DNA of 37,910 nt. Source: Candidatus Sericytochromatia bacterium. GTDB lineage: Bacteria > Cyanobacteriota > Sericytochromatia > S15B-MN24 > UBA4093. The notes under the pieces were generated by a model that was not told where the DNA came from, made no database searches, and saw nothing but the letters and a program-made list of their open reading frames with translations. This document shows, piece by piece, positions 1 to 8,413 of this stretch. The stretch spans positions 1-37,910 of the forward strand of contig JAKFCT010000076.1 of the NCBI GenBank assembly GCA_036676495.1, in the 5' to 3' direction. A program made the translations under genes and the position numbers. Numbering within the stretch: the first letter of the stretch is position 1; every line of letters starts with the position of its first letter.

Positions 1-207
1 GAACTGCACGCGGCCTTCGACGGTGGCGAAGATGGTGTAGTCCTTGCCGATGCCCACGCCGTCGCCGGGGTGGAACTGGGTGCCGCGCTGGCGAACGATG
101 ATGTTGCCGGGGATGACGAGCTCTCCGCCGTACTTCTTGACGCCCAGGCGCTTCGCGTTGGAGTCGCGGCCGTTACGGGTGGAGCCTACCCCTTTTTTAT
201 GTGCCAT
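1..207 (-). CDS. rpmA: 50S ribosomal protein L27 (3' end beyond window edge)
   Basis: My own minus-strand translation from ATG at 207 gives [48 protein letters not shown]...; directly downstream of rplU; not in the ORF track because it is truncated. Confidence 0.97.
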   Translation of the reverse strand, partial: MAHKKGVGSTRNGRDSNAKRLGVKKYGGELVIPGNIIVRQRGTQFHPGDGVGIGKDYTIFATVEGRVQF

Positions 208-225
208 TGGAGCATGGATCCTTTC

Positions 226-537
226 TTAGAGGCTGATGGACTCGATCATCACCCGGGTGAAGGGCTGGCGATGACCGCGCTTGCGACGGTAGTGCTTCTT
301 GGGGCGCATCTTGTAGACGATGACCTTGGGGCCCTTGCCGTGGCTGAGCACCTTACCGGTGACCTTGGCGCCCGAGACGGTCGGAGCACCGATGGTGATG
401 TTGCCGTCCTTGGAGACCAGGAGCACCTGGTCGAAGGTCACGGTCGAGTCGACGTCGGCGCCGAGCATCTCGATCTCGACGTAGCGGCCTTCTTCAACCC
501 GGATCTGCTTGCCGCCGGTGGCGATGATGGCGTACAT
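226..537 (-). CDS. rplU: 50S ribosomal protein L21
   Basis: [17 protein letters not shown]...KRGHRQPFT; start trimmed from 624 to the ATG at 537, which follows a GAGGAGG RBS. Confidence 0.97.
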   Translation of the reverse strand: MYAIIATGGKQIRVEEGRYVEIEMLGADVDSTVTFDQVLLVSKDGNITIGAPTVSGAKVTGKVLSHGKGPKVIVYKMRPKKHYRRKRGHRQPFTRVMIESISL

Positions 538-544
538 GGTTGGG

Positions 545-632
545 CTTTTCCTCCTCGTTGCGAGACGCGCCAGAACCGGCGGCCGCGGATTACGGCACTT
601 GGGAGCCGGGGCTGAGCGGTACACGCCCAGTG
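545..632 (-). ncRNA. Putative L21 ribosomal protein leader (cis-regulatory RNA)
   Basis: 5' UTR of rplU reads GTGTACCGCTCAGCC...TGGCGCGTCT...GAGGAGG, resembling from memory the ACCGCAC...GGCGAGUCU pattern of the L21 leader family; boundaries approximate. Confidence 0.55.
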
Positions 633-648
633 CTAAAACAAGGTTTCC

Positions 649-678
649 AGCATATCATTCGGGGGTTAAGGGCGTCAA
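649..678 (-). promoter_or_regulatory. Sigma70-type promoter of rplU-rpmA
   Basis: TTGACG (678-673), 18-nt spacer, TG-A-TATGCT extended -10 (654-649). Confidence 0.65.
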
Positions 679-690
679 TCCGTCTCGGGA

Positions 691-713
691 GCGGGCCCGG
701 AGGCCCGCCCCGC
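691..713 (+). repeat. REP-like palindrome (GCGGGC-n5-GCCCGC-CCCGC family)
   Basis: GCGGGCCCGGAGGCCCGCCCCGC; similar copies at 17730-17752, 17774-17796 and, inverted, 17844-17866. Confidence 0.6.
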
Positions 714-724
714 AGGCAGCGTCC

Positions 725-764
725 AGACCGACAGGCCGGCGGGCCGGCGGGCCGGTGGGCCGGA
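725..764 (+). repeat. Degenerate 8-bp tandem repeat, five units
   Basis: AGACCGAC AGGCCGGC GGGCCGGC GGGCCGGT GGGCCGGA just downstream of spoVS. Confidence 0.6.
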
Positions 765-771
765 GGCGCGC

Positions 772-1056
772 CTAGTGGCGCGGTTCGATCACGAACTTGA
801 TGGCCGTGCGCTCCTCGCCCCCGATCTCGATGTCGAGAAACGCCGGGACGAAGACCAGGTCCATGCCCGCCGGGGCGACGTAGCCGCGTGCGATGGCGAT
901 CGCCTTCACGGCCTGGTTGATCGCTCCCGCTCCGATCGCTTGCATCTCGCAGCGCCCCTTCTCCCGGATGGTCCCCGCGATGGCTCCCGCGACCGAAGCG
1001 GGATTGGAAGTGCTCGCCACCCGGAAGAGGTTGGTTCCAAACGTGGTCATGGCCAT
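772..1056 (-). CDS. spoVS: Stage V sporulation protein S (SpoVS, Alba-like fold)
   Basis: RVASTSNPASVAGAIAG...QAIGAGAINQAVKAIAIARGYVAP...EERTAIKF; start is ATG 1056 or 1050 after an AGGAGA RBS. Confidence 0.93.
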   Translation of the reverse strand: MAMTTFGTNLFRVASTSNPASVAGAIAGTIREKGRCEMQAIGAGAINQAVKAIAIARGYVAPAGMDLVFVPAFLDIEIGGEERTAIKFVIEPRH

Positions 1057-1226
1057 CCTGCGCTTTCTCCTTCGCTCGCCCATCCCGGCGACCCCCTCCG
1101 TCCCGGCGGACATCGGAACACGGATCACCTTCCTAAGAGCATTCGCTCTCCGGGGCTTTTACGCTCGGTCCGGATGACCAATCTTTCTGGGCCAGTTTTG
1201 GTGAGAAAGGCGCGAGGCGCGGGGCT

Positions 1227-2084
1227 CTAAAAGCTCAAGACCGTCCCGAAGACCGCGCTCCAGCGATACGCGTCCTGGTACCCCCGACGAAGCACCGGCA
1301 CCATGACACTCGCCTGCAAAGCGACCTTCGAAGACAGCATCCAGGTCACCCCCGGAGCCAGCTGCACCAGCAACGAGCCCGATTCGGAGTCCGCCTGCCG
1401 GTGCTCCTGCGCGGCCTCCTGCCAGGTCCCCATCTGCTCGAGAATCAACGCCCAGGAATCGTTGAGGCTCCACTCGAGCGCCGAGTTGAACTGCACGCGC
1501 TGGCCGTCCCAGCGGGTCAGGATCTGCCCCTGCTCGTCGACCATGGTCTGCCGCAGCCGGTAAAAGTAGTTGAGGTTCACGATCCCCGTGAGCTGCGGCA
1601 GAATCCGGTACTCACTGGCATGCTCGAACCCGAGGCCCGGCACGCCCGCCCCCAGCCCCTTCTCGGCGTTCCCGGTCGCGAGATCCACCCGCAGCCGCGC
1701 GCGGCCGCTATGCGCCTCCGCGTCCCAGAGCTTGCGCGACACGGTCCACGTGAGATCGTAAGGGCCCATCGCCCCGTCCTGCCCATCGAATTGCCGCCAG
1801 AGGTCGTAAGGCACGACCAGCGAGGTGCTCAGGCCATGGCCGAGCCCGACCTCGAGGCTGGTCCAGGCTTCCGCGAAGTGGTAGCCCGGCGACTCCTCGG
1901 GATTGGCGAGAAAGATCTCGCTGTTGATGACTTTCAGCTCGTACGGAGAGTAGTTGAGGTACTCCAGGAGCTCGAACTCCCCGAACTCGGGCACGAACGA
2001 GCCGGCCATGTTGATGGTATAGGCGGCCCCCGGCAGGGCCATCAAGGCCCAGGACAGGATGCCGACGAGGACGGTCTTGATCAT
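1227..2084 (-). CDS. Putative outer-membrane beta-barrel / transporter-family protein
   Basis: Signal peptide MIKTVLVGILSWALMALPGAA, alternating beta-strand pattern, C-terminal Phe (GTVLSF); start trimmed from 2159. Confidence 0.6.
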   Translation of the reverse strand: MIKTVLVGILSWALMALPGAAYTINMAGSFVPEFGEFELLEYLNYSPYELKVINSEIFLANPEESPGYHFAEAWTSLEVGLGHGLSTSLVVPYDLWRQFDGQDGAMGPYDLTWTVSRKLWDAEAHSGRARLRVDLATGNAEKGLGAGVPGLGFEHASEYRILPQLTGIVNLNYFYRLRQTMVDEQGQILTRWDGQRVQFNSALEWSLNDSWALILEQMGTWQEAAQEHRQADSESGSLLVQLAPGVTWMLSSKVALQASVMVPVLRRGYQDAYRWSAVFGTVLSF

Positions 2085-2217
2085 GCGCTCCTCAGCCCAC
2101 AGGATTCCCTGCCCCTTGTACCCCGGCCCCCCGCCACCCCAAACGGAACGCCCGTTCATGGGTCTCCCCCGCGCCCACGTTGCCGCAGGCCGCGGCGGAT
2201 GCTACGATCCCGACATC

Positions 2218-3318
2218 ATGACCGATGCCGACTACATGCAACGCGCCCTCGAACTGGCCCGCCGCGGCCGCGGCTGGGTGAACCCCAACCCCATGGTCGG
2301 GGCCGTCATCGTGCGCGACGGCGACATCGTCGGGGAAGGCTTCCACCCGCGGGTGGGGGAGGCCCATGCCGAGGTCGTCGCCCTGCGCGAAGCCGGGGAG
2401 AAGGCCCGCGGAGCGACGATCTACGTGACGCTGGAGCCCTGCAACCACTGGGGCCGAACGCCTCCCTGCACCCAGGGCCTGATCGACGCCGGCATCCGCC
2501 GGGTGGTCGCCGCCACCTGGGACGCCAACCCGCTCACCGCAGAGCAGAGCCGCAAAACCCTCGAAGCCGCGGGCATCTCGCTTTCGGTGGGCCTGCTCGA
2601 CGCCGAGGCGCGCCGCCTCAACGAGCCCTTCTTCCACTTCATCCGCACGCGCCGCCCCTTCGTGGTCATGAAGACCGCCATGACCATGGACGGCAAGATC
2701 GCCACCCCCTCCGGCCATAGCCAGTGGATCAGCGGGGAGGAGTCGCGGGCGCATGTCCAGGAGCTTCGCGCCACCTACGCGGGCGTCATGGTCGGCATCG
2801 GCACCGTGCTCGCGGACGACCCCAGCCTGACCTGCCGGATCCCCGGCGCCCCCGCCCCCACCCGGATCGTCGTGGATCCCCGCGCGGAAACCCCTCCGAG
2901 CGCCAAGCTCTTCGCGGACTCCTCTCCCGTGCTGCTGGCGATCGCCCCGGGAGCCGATCCCACCCGCCGGCGTGCCCTCGAGGCTCAAGGAGCCGAGCTT
3001 TTGGAGGTGCCGCTGGCGGCCAACGGCCGCCATCTCGACCTCACGGCCCTGATGGACGCGCTCGGCGCGCGCGGCCTCTCCAGCCTCCTCCTGGAAGGCG
3101 GCGGAGGCCTCAACGCCTCGGCCCTCCGCGCGGGCATCGTCTCCAAGGTCGTCACCTTCATCGCCCCCAAGCTGCTCGCGGGTGACGGCATCCCACCGAC
3201 CCACGGCCCCGCGTTCGACACCATGGACCAGGCCCTCCGGCTGCGCGACGTCACATGCCATCCCAGCGGAGCCGATTTCCGGCTCGAGGGCTACGTGGAA
3301 AACGCTCCCGCCGAGTGA
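2218..3318 (+). CDS. ribD: Bifunctional riboflavin deaminase/reductase RibD
   Basis: NPNPMVG, HAE and TLEPCNHWGRTPPC zinc-deaminase motifs; DGKIA, SQWIS, DDPSLT and LLLEGG reductase motifs. Confidence 0.97.
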   Translation: MTDADYMQRALELARRGRGWVNPNPMVGAVIVRDGDIVGEGFHPRVGEAHAEVVALREAGEKARGATIYVTLEPCNHWGRTPPCTQGLIDAGIRRVVAATWDANPLTAEQSRKTLEAAGISLSVGLLDAEARRLNEPFFHFIRTRRPFVVMKTAMTMDGKIATPSGHSQWISGEESRAHVQELRATYAGVMVGIGTVLADDPSLTCRIPGAPAPTRIVVDPRAETPPSAKLFADSSPVLLAIAPGADPTRRRALEAQGAELLEVPLAANGRHLDLTALMDALGARGLSSLLLEGGGGLNASALRAGIVSKVVTFIAPKLLAGDGIPPTHGPAFDTMDQALRLRDVTCHPSGADFRLEGYVENAPAE

Positions 3319-3402
3319 TCCGCCCCCGCGGCTCCAAAACCGGATAAAATGGAGCGGATCTCCGAGGCTCCCCGCCGTTCGCCCCCGAAAGAGGATGCGC
3401 CC

Positions 3403-4884
3403 ATGCCCATCGCCACCCCCACCGTCCCCCCGCGCCTCCGTGACTCCCTGACGCGCCATGCCCGCAACCTGATCGGCGGCGACTGGACGGGAGCGCAAAC
3501 CGGGCAAACCTTCCCCGTGATCAACCCCGCCGCTCCCGGCGACGTGCTCGCGCTTTTCCCGGCCTCCGGCCCGTCGGACGTGCAGGCCGCCGTCGACGCG
3601 GCCCGCGTGGCCCTTCCCGGCTGGAGCGCGACCCCGGCCCCCGAGCGCGCCCGCATCCTCGATCGCGCCCACGCGCTGCTCGAGGCCCGCGCCGAGGAGC
3701 TCGCCTACGCCCTGACATGGGAGGAAGGCAAGGCGATCGCCGAGTCCCGCGTCGAGATCCGGCGCGGCCTCGACGTCATGCAGTACTTCTCCGGAGAAGG
3801 CCGGCGCATGGGCGGCCATACCGTTCCCTCGGCGCTGCCGAACATGCTCGCCTTCACGCAGCGGCGGCCGCTGGGAGTGGTCGGGCTGATCACCCCCTGG
3901 AACTTCCCCTTCGCCATTCCCGCCTGGAAGGTCGCCCCGGCGCTGATCGCAGGCAATACGGTCGTCCTCAAGCCCGCCGAGCAAACCCCCGTCTGCACCA
4001 TGCTGCTGGCCGAGGCCCTCCAGGAGGCCGGTCTGCCCCCCGGCGTGCTGAACGTCGTCAACGGCGGCGCGGAAGTCGGCCAGGAGATCGTCTCGCATCC
4101 CCTGATCCGCGGCATCTCCTTCACCGGCTCCACCTCCGTGGGCAAGGAGATCAACGCCGCCGCCGCCTCGCGCCTCGCCAAGGTCCAGCTCGAGCTGGGC
4201 GGCAAGAACGCCGCCATCGTGCTGGCCGACGCCGACCTCGACCTGGCCGCCCGCGAGATCGCCGCCGCCGCCTGGGGCTCCAGCGGACAGCGCTGCACCG
4301 CCACCAGCCGCCTGATCGTCCAGCGCAGCATCGCGGCCGAACTCGTGAACAAGCTCAAGGACCTCGCCTCCCAGTACCGGGTCGGCTCGGGCTTCGACCC
4401 GGAGGTCAAGGTGGGCCCCGTGATCGAGCCCGAAGCCCTGGGCCGCATCACGCGCTACGTGGATTTGGCCCAGCAGGAGGGCGCCAACGTGGCGTTGGGA
4501 GGGCATCGTCTGGACGGCGAGGGGTACTTCTGCGCTCCCACGGTGATCACCGGGGTCTCCCCCCTGATGACGGTGGCCCAGGAGGAGATCTTCGGCCCGG
4601 TCCTGTCGGTGATCGAGGTGGAGAGTCTGCCCGAGGCGATCGCCGTGGCGAATGCCGTTTCCTACGGGCTTTCCAGCGCCCTCTACACCCGCGATATCTC
4701 GGCGGCGCTGGCTTACGCCCAGCACGCGGAGACGGGGCTGCTGCACGTGAACTGCTCCTCGATCTACTCGGAGATCCAGCTGCCCTTCGGAGGCATGAAG
4801 GATTCGGGCTTCGGCGGCCGCGAGATGGGCCAGACCGCGCTCGACTTCTACACCGAGTGGCAGACCGTGTACATGCAGGGCTAG
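3403..4884 (+). CDS. Aldehyde dehydrogenase (alpha-ketoglutaric semialdehyde dehydrogenase-like subfamily)
   Basis: ITPWNFP, SFTGST, LELGGKN (catalytic Glu), GQRCTA (catalytic Cys), EEIFGP, PFGGMKDSG; start placed at the ATG after GAGGA. Confidence 0.92.
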   Translation: MPIATPTVPPRLRDSLTRHARNLIGGDWTGAQTGQTFPVINPAAPGDVLALFPASGPSDVQAAVDAARVALPGWSATPAPERARILDRAHALLEARAEELAYALTWEEGKAIAESRVEIRRGLDVMQYFSGEGRRMGGHTVPSALPNMLAFTQRRPLGVVGLITPWNFPFAIPAWKVAPALIAGNTVVLKPAEQTPVCTMLLAEALQEAGLPPGVLNVVNGGAEVGQEIVSHPLIRGISFTGSTSVGKEINAAAASRLAKVQLELGGKNAAIVLADADLDLAAREIAAAAWGSSGQRCTATSRLIVQRSIAAELVNKLKDLASQYRVGSGFDPEVKVGPVIEPEALGRITRYVDLAQQEGANVALGGHRLDGEGYFCAPTVITGVSPLMTVAQEEIFGPVLSVIEVESLPEAIAVANAVSYGLSSALYTRDISAALAYAQHAETGLLHVNCSSIYSEIQLPFGGMKDSGFGGREMGQTALDFYTEWQTVYMQG

Positions 4885-4948
4885 CCGCCTCCCGCGCCGA
4901 CCCCGAACCCCTGGCCCGGGCAGGCGTGAAGGCCCGTCCCGCCGCCCT

Positions 4949-4978
4949 TTGACCCGGTTCGACTTAACCACATATTCT
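4949..4978 (+). promoter_or_regulatory. Candidate sigma70 promoter for the lipoprotein-GNAT unit
   Basis: TTGACC, 18 nt, TATTCT in an AT-richer intergenic patch. Confidence 0.45.
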
Positions 4979-5108
4979 GCTAGGATTAACCTGCGGATAA
5001 GAATGATCGGCGCGTCCGGGACGACAACATGTTAACGAGCCGTCCTAGCGTCACCGTCGTTGCCGCGGGCGCACCATCATCCCGGAGTGGGTCGAGGAGA
5101 GAGCGAGC

Positions 5109-5873
5109 ATGAACAAGCGCATCGGGTTCAAATCCCTGCTGAGCGTCGCGCTCGTCGCCATGGCCCTGACCGGCTGCGGCATGGATCCCCCGGGCAAGGT
5201 CGTCGATCGCGGCGGCAAGCTGAAGGATCTCAACCTCAACCAGCCCCAGCCCGGCATGCCGCAGCAGGACCAGAAAAACGTGGCCCAGCTGATGCAGCTC
5301 GTGGCGCAATCCCATGCCCGAAACAACGGCGTGGCCTGCGATCTCATCGCTTTCTTCCGCAAGGACGACGGAACCACCTCCTCGATGAAGAGCAAGTTCC
5401 GCTTCCAGAAGCCCAACCAGACCTCACTCGAGATCCTCGAGGCCAGCCAGGGCGGCACCGTCGGCACCAAGCTCGTCTGGAACGGCGGCTCGGACGTCGC
5501 GGTCAAGACCAAGCTCATGGGCTTCTGGCTCAAGACCAGCCTCGGCGTCACGGACGACCGGATCAAGGACGCCCGCGGCTACCGGATCAACGAGACCTCG
5601 CTGGATCAGATGTACGCGACCCTGCTGCACACCCAGGCCAAGTACCAGCTCCTGAGCGAAGGCATGCTCAAGAATCGCCCGGTGGCCATCGTCCGGGTGG
5701 ACTCCCCGATGAAGCTGCGGGGCGTGACCCACGAGGTCTTCGGCATCTACGTCGACAATTTCGTCCCGGCCTTCCGCGAGCTCTACGGCGGCAATACCCT
5801 GTTGATGCGCCTGCAGATCGACAATGCGCGCCTGAACCCCCAGATGGAGTCGAATGCCTTCAACCTGGACTAA
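5109..5873 (+). CDS. Lipoprotein, possibly LolA-like fold
   Basis: Basic N-terminus, hydrophobic stretch and LTGC lipobox; beta-rich pattern (KFRFQKPNQTSLEI, KLVWNG, C-terminal NPQMESNAF) reminiscent of LolA-like carriers. Confidence 0.6.
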   Translation: MNKRIGFKSLLSVALVAMALTGCGMDPPGKVVDRGGKLKDLNLNQPQPGMPQQDQKNVAQLMQLVAQSHARNNGVACDLIAFFRKDDGTTSSMKSKFRFQKPNQTSLEILEASQGGTVGTKLVWNGGSDVAVKTKLMGFWLKTSLGVTDDRIKDARGYRINETSLDQMYATLLHTQAKYQLLSEGMLKNRPVAIVRVDSPMKLRGVTHEVFGIYVDNFVPAFRELYGGNTLLMRLQIDNARLNPQMESNAFNLD

Positions 5874-6978
5874 CCCGCTCTCCGAACTTCCCCTCACGAC
5901 GGCCGGCCCTCAGCATGCTGAGGAGCTGGCCTCCTTCTTCGCGAGCCAGCCGGTTGGCAGCGCCGCCTTCGCCTACCGGATCGACCGCCGCCCCGACTTC
6001 TTCCGTTACTGCCGCCTCCAGGGCCACGACCACCGCATCGTGATCGCCGAGACCAATCGGGTCTTGGGCCTGATCTCCATCCTTTTCGATCGGGTCCACC
6101 TCGGGGGAACGCCGACCGAGGTCGCTTACACCGGCGACCTTCGCCTCGATCCCTCCGCGCGCGGCCACGGGCTGGGCGATCGCCTCATGCGCGAAGGCAT
6201 CCGCCAGGCCCGCGAGGGGCTGGGCCGGCCTGACGCCCCCGTCGTGACCGCCGTCATGGCGGACAATCCCGCGGGGCTCAAAATGAACGCCCATCTGGAG
6301 CGTGACGGCATCGCCCGGATGCGCCCCATCGCCGAGGTCGAGCTCTGCTTCCTCTTTCCGTGGACCCGTTCCGCTCCCGCCACCAACTTCCGGATTCGCC
6401 CCGCCACGATCGCGGACCTGCCGCGCATGCATGCCCTCTGGCAGCAGGAGAGCCCGAAGCGCGACCTTTCCCGGGCCTTCAGCGCCGCCGAGTGGGAGGC
6501 CTGGGTCCTGGAGTCGCCGGGTCTCGGGATCGAGGCCTATAGCCTGGCCGAGGACGCCTCGGGAGCGCTGGTGGGCTTCCTGGCGGGCTGGGACATGAGC
6601 CCCGTGCGGCGCTTCATGCTCGCGGGCGAAACCGCCTCGCAGCGCTGGATCCGCCGCGCCTGGAACGCGGGCCGCGGCCTCCTGGGGCTGCCGACCTTCC
6701 CGAAGCCGGGCGAGCCCCTGCCCTTCCTCGCGGCCACCAACCTCTGCCTGGCCGACCCGCAGGCCTTCTTTCCGCTCCTGCATGCCAACCTGGCACGCGC
6801 CCGCCAGCACGGCGCCCTCTTCCTGGGCCTCGCCCTGGACCGACGCGACCCGCTCCGCGCGCAGCTGCGCGGCTTCCTGGCCTCTCGCTCCACGCTCCTG
6901 CTCCTGGGGAACGAGGCGCTGCCGCCCGACACTCCGAAACGCCGCACGGTCTACCACGTCGAGATCGCGATGGGGTAA
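5854..6978 (+). CDS. Tandem GNAT-fold N-acyltransferase
   Basis: YTGDLRLDPSARGHGLG acyl-CoA-binding motif A; second GNAT-like domain starting FRIRPATIADL; overlaps the upstream gene by 20 nt. Confidence 0.8.
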   Translation: MPSTWTNPLSELPLTTAGPQHAEELASFFASQPVGSAAFAYRIDRRPDFFRYCRLQGHDHRIVIAETNRVLGLISILFDRVHLGGTPTEVAYTGDLRLDPSARGHGLGDRLMREGIRQAREGLGRPDAPVVTAVMADNPAGLKMNAHLERDGIARMRPIAEVELCFLFPWTRSAPATNFRIRPATIADLPRMHALWQQESPKRDLSRAFSAAEWEAWVLESPGLGIEAYSLAEDASGALVGFLAGWDMSPVRRFMLAGETASQRWIRRAWNAGRGLLGLPTFPKPGEPLPFLAATNLCLADPQAFFPLLHANLARARQHGALFLGLALDRRDPLRAQLRGFLASRSTLLLLGNEALPPDTPKRRTVYHVEIAMG

Positions 6979-7004
6979 CGAGGAACGCCATGGCTGCGCC
7001 GGCT

Positions 7005-7083
7005 AACACCCCCCTCTCGGCTTCGCCGAGGTCCCCCCGTTACGCCTGCGGCGTAGGTAGGCTACGCCTGAGCAAGGGGGGAT
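7005..7083 (+). repeat. Palindromic dispersed repeat with nested 32-bp insert, between convergent genes
   Basis: CTCGGCTTCGCCGAG hairpin plus GTCCCCCCGT[insert 7041-7072]CAAGGGGGGA; uninterrupted copy at 29768-29804. Confidence 0.7.
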
Positions 7084-7096
7084 ACTGTAAGGAAGG

Positions 7097-8413
7097 TTAA
7101 AATCGGCGCTCCACCCGCCGGAGCTTGCGGTCCGAGCGATGCGCCTCGTAGGGCGTGAAGGTGACCATGGGCGGCACGGCACCCAACTCGTCAGCAAGAC
7201 GGGCCATGCGGGTGGCGACCCGCGCCTCGACATCCGGATCCTCGGCCACTAGGCGCAAGCTCACCTCCACGAGACCCTCGGCAAGCTGGCATACCCGGTA
7301 CTCCAGGGCCTCGGGAGCCGCCTCCATGACCGCGCGCCGGATGAAGTCCGGAAAGACCGGAACCGGACGCTCCACCCCCTGAGCGGGGAAGTAGAAGAGA
7401 TCGTCCGAGCGGCCCTCGATCCGCTCCAGGGCGGTCATGACCGAGCCGCAGGGGCAGGGCTCGGCGCGTTCGGTGAGGATGTCGTTGAGCCGGTAGCGGA
7501 TGATGGGCTGGGTCGTGCGCGAGAAATCCGTCAAGATGGGGACGAACTTGCGGTTCTCGGCGTCCAGCACCTCCCGCTCGAAGACGACGAGATCCTCGTT
7601 GAGGTGAAGCGTGCCATGCGAGCAGGTCGCCGCGAGGAAACCTTCCGTGCACTGGTAGACCTGGTGGATCACCGGGCCGAAGCGCTCCTGCAAGCAGCGC
7701 TCGTCGAGCGGATCGAGCACCTCGGCGACCGAGACGACCTTGACGGGGGCGATCGCCAATCCCGCATGCTCGGCCAGGAATCGAAGCAAGGACGGAGGCC
7801 CGATCAGTACCGTCGGCTGAAACTGGTTCAACCGCGCGACATGCGCGTCGAGCGGAGCCATGAGGTCGAAGAACTCGAACGCAATCCGCCGGGAGCCCAC
7901 CGTCTCGTAGAGGTTGCTGTTGGCCCTCAAGAAGAAGGCGACCCGGTTCCGGTCCAGGATCGACCCCGGCAACAGGCGCGCCAGCATCGTTCCCGCCCAA
8001 AGGTATCGCTCGCTCGGACTGACCAGGAAGAGGCCGCGGTTCCCCGAGGTCCCCGAGCTGAGGCCCACGGTGATCTCCCCGAGCATCGGGGCGAAGTCCC
8101 GCGAGCGCTCGGCTTCGAGCGCCACGCGAAACGCGTCTTCCTTGCGGACTCCCGCCGTGTTCAAGCGGTCGAAATGAAGCATCATCTCGGCCTTGTCGAT
8201 GATCGGCCACTCCCGCCAGGACCTCACGGCCTCGTCCGGGGCATGCCCCAGGGAGACCCGCTCCTGGTAGTAGGGCGATCGCGGCAGAATCCCCTTGAGA
8301 AACCGCGCCACCTGCCGCTCCTGCCAAGTCAGCAGCTCCTCGCGCGTCCGGAAGCGGCGCGCCTTGGCCCGGAGGTAATGCCAGAGAATCCGGGGGACGG
8401 CCTGCCCGCTCAT
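7097..8413 (-). CDS. F390-synthetase-related / phenylacetate-CoA-ligase-like adenylate-forming enzyme
   Basis: GLSSGTSGNRG P-loop, YQCTEG, IIRYRLND, EGRSDD; ATGA overlap with the upstream hydrolase stop. Confidence 0.85.
   Translation of the reverse strand: MSGQAVPRILWHYLRAKARRFRTREELLTWQERQVARFLKGILPRSPYYQERVSLGHAPDEAVRSWREWPIIDKAEMMLHFDRLNTAGVRKEDAFRVALEAERSRDFAPMLGEITVGLSSGTSGNRGLFLVSPSERYLWAGTMLARLLPGSILDRNRVAFFLRANSNLYETVGSRRIAFEFFDLMAPLDAHVARLNQFQPTVLIGPPSLLRFLAEHAGLAIAPVKVVSVAEVLDPLDERCLQERFGPVIHQVYQCTEGFLAATCSHGTLHLNEDLVVFEREVLDAENRKFVPILTDFSRTTQPIIRYRLNDILTERAEPCPCGSVMTALERIEGRSDDLFYFPAQGVERPVPVFPDFIRRAVMEAAPEALEYRVCQLAEGLVEVSLRLVAEDPDVEARVATRMARLADELGAVPPMVTFTPYEAHRSDRKLRRVERRF

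Noticed and set aside
2092-4971. 959-aa minus-strand ORF and similar long antisense or off-frame ORFs (e.g. 1401-2720, 14678-16111, 18634-19848, 22064-24664)
   Set aside because: Shadow ORFs of GC3-biased real genes; they overlap genes with clear motifs and have no recognisable motifs of their own
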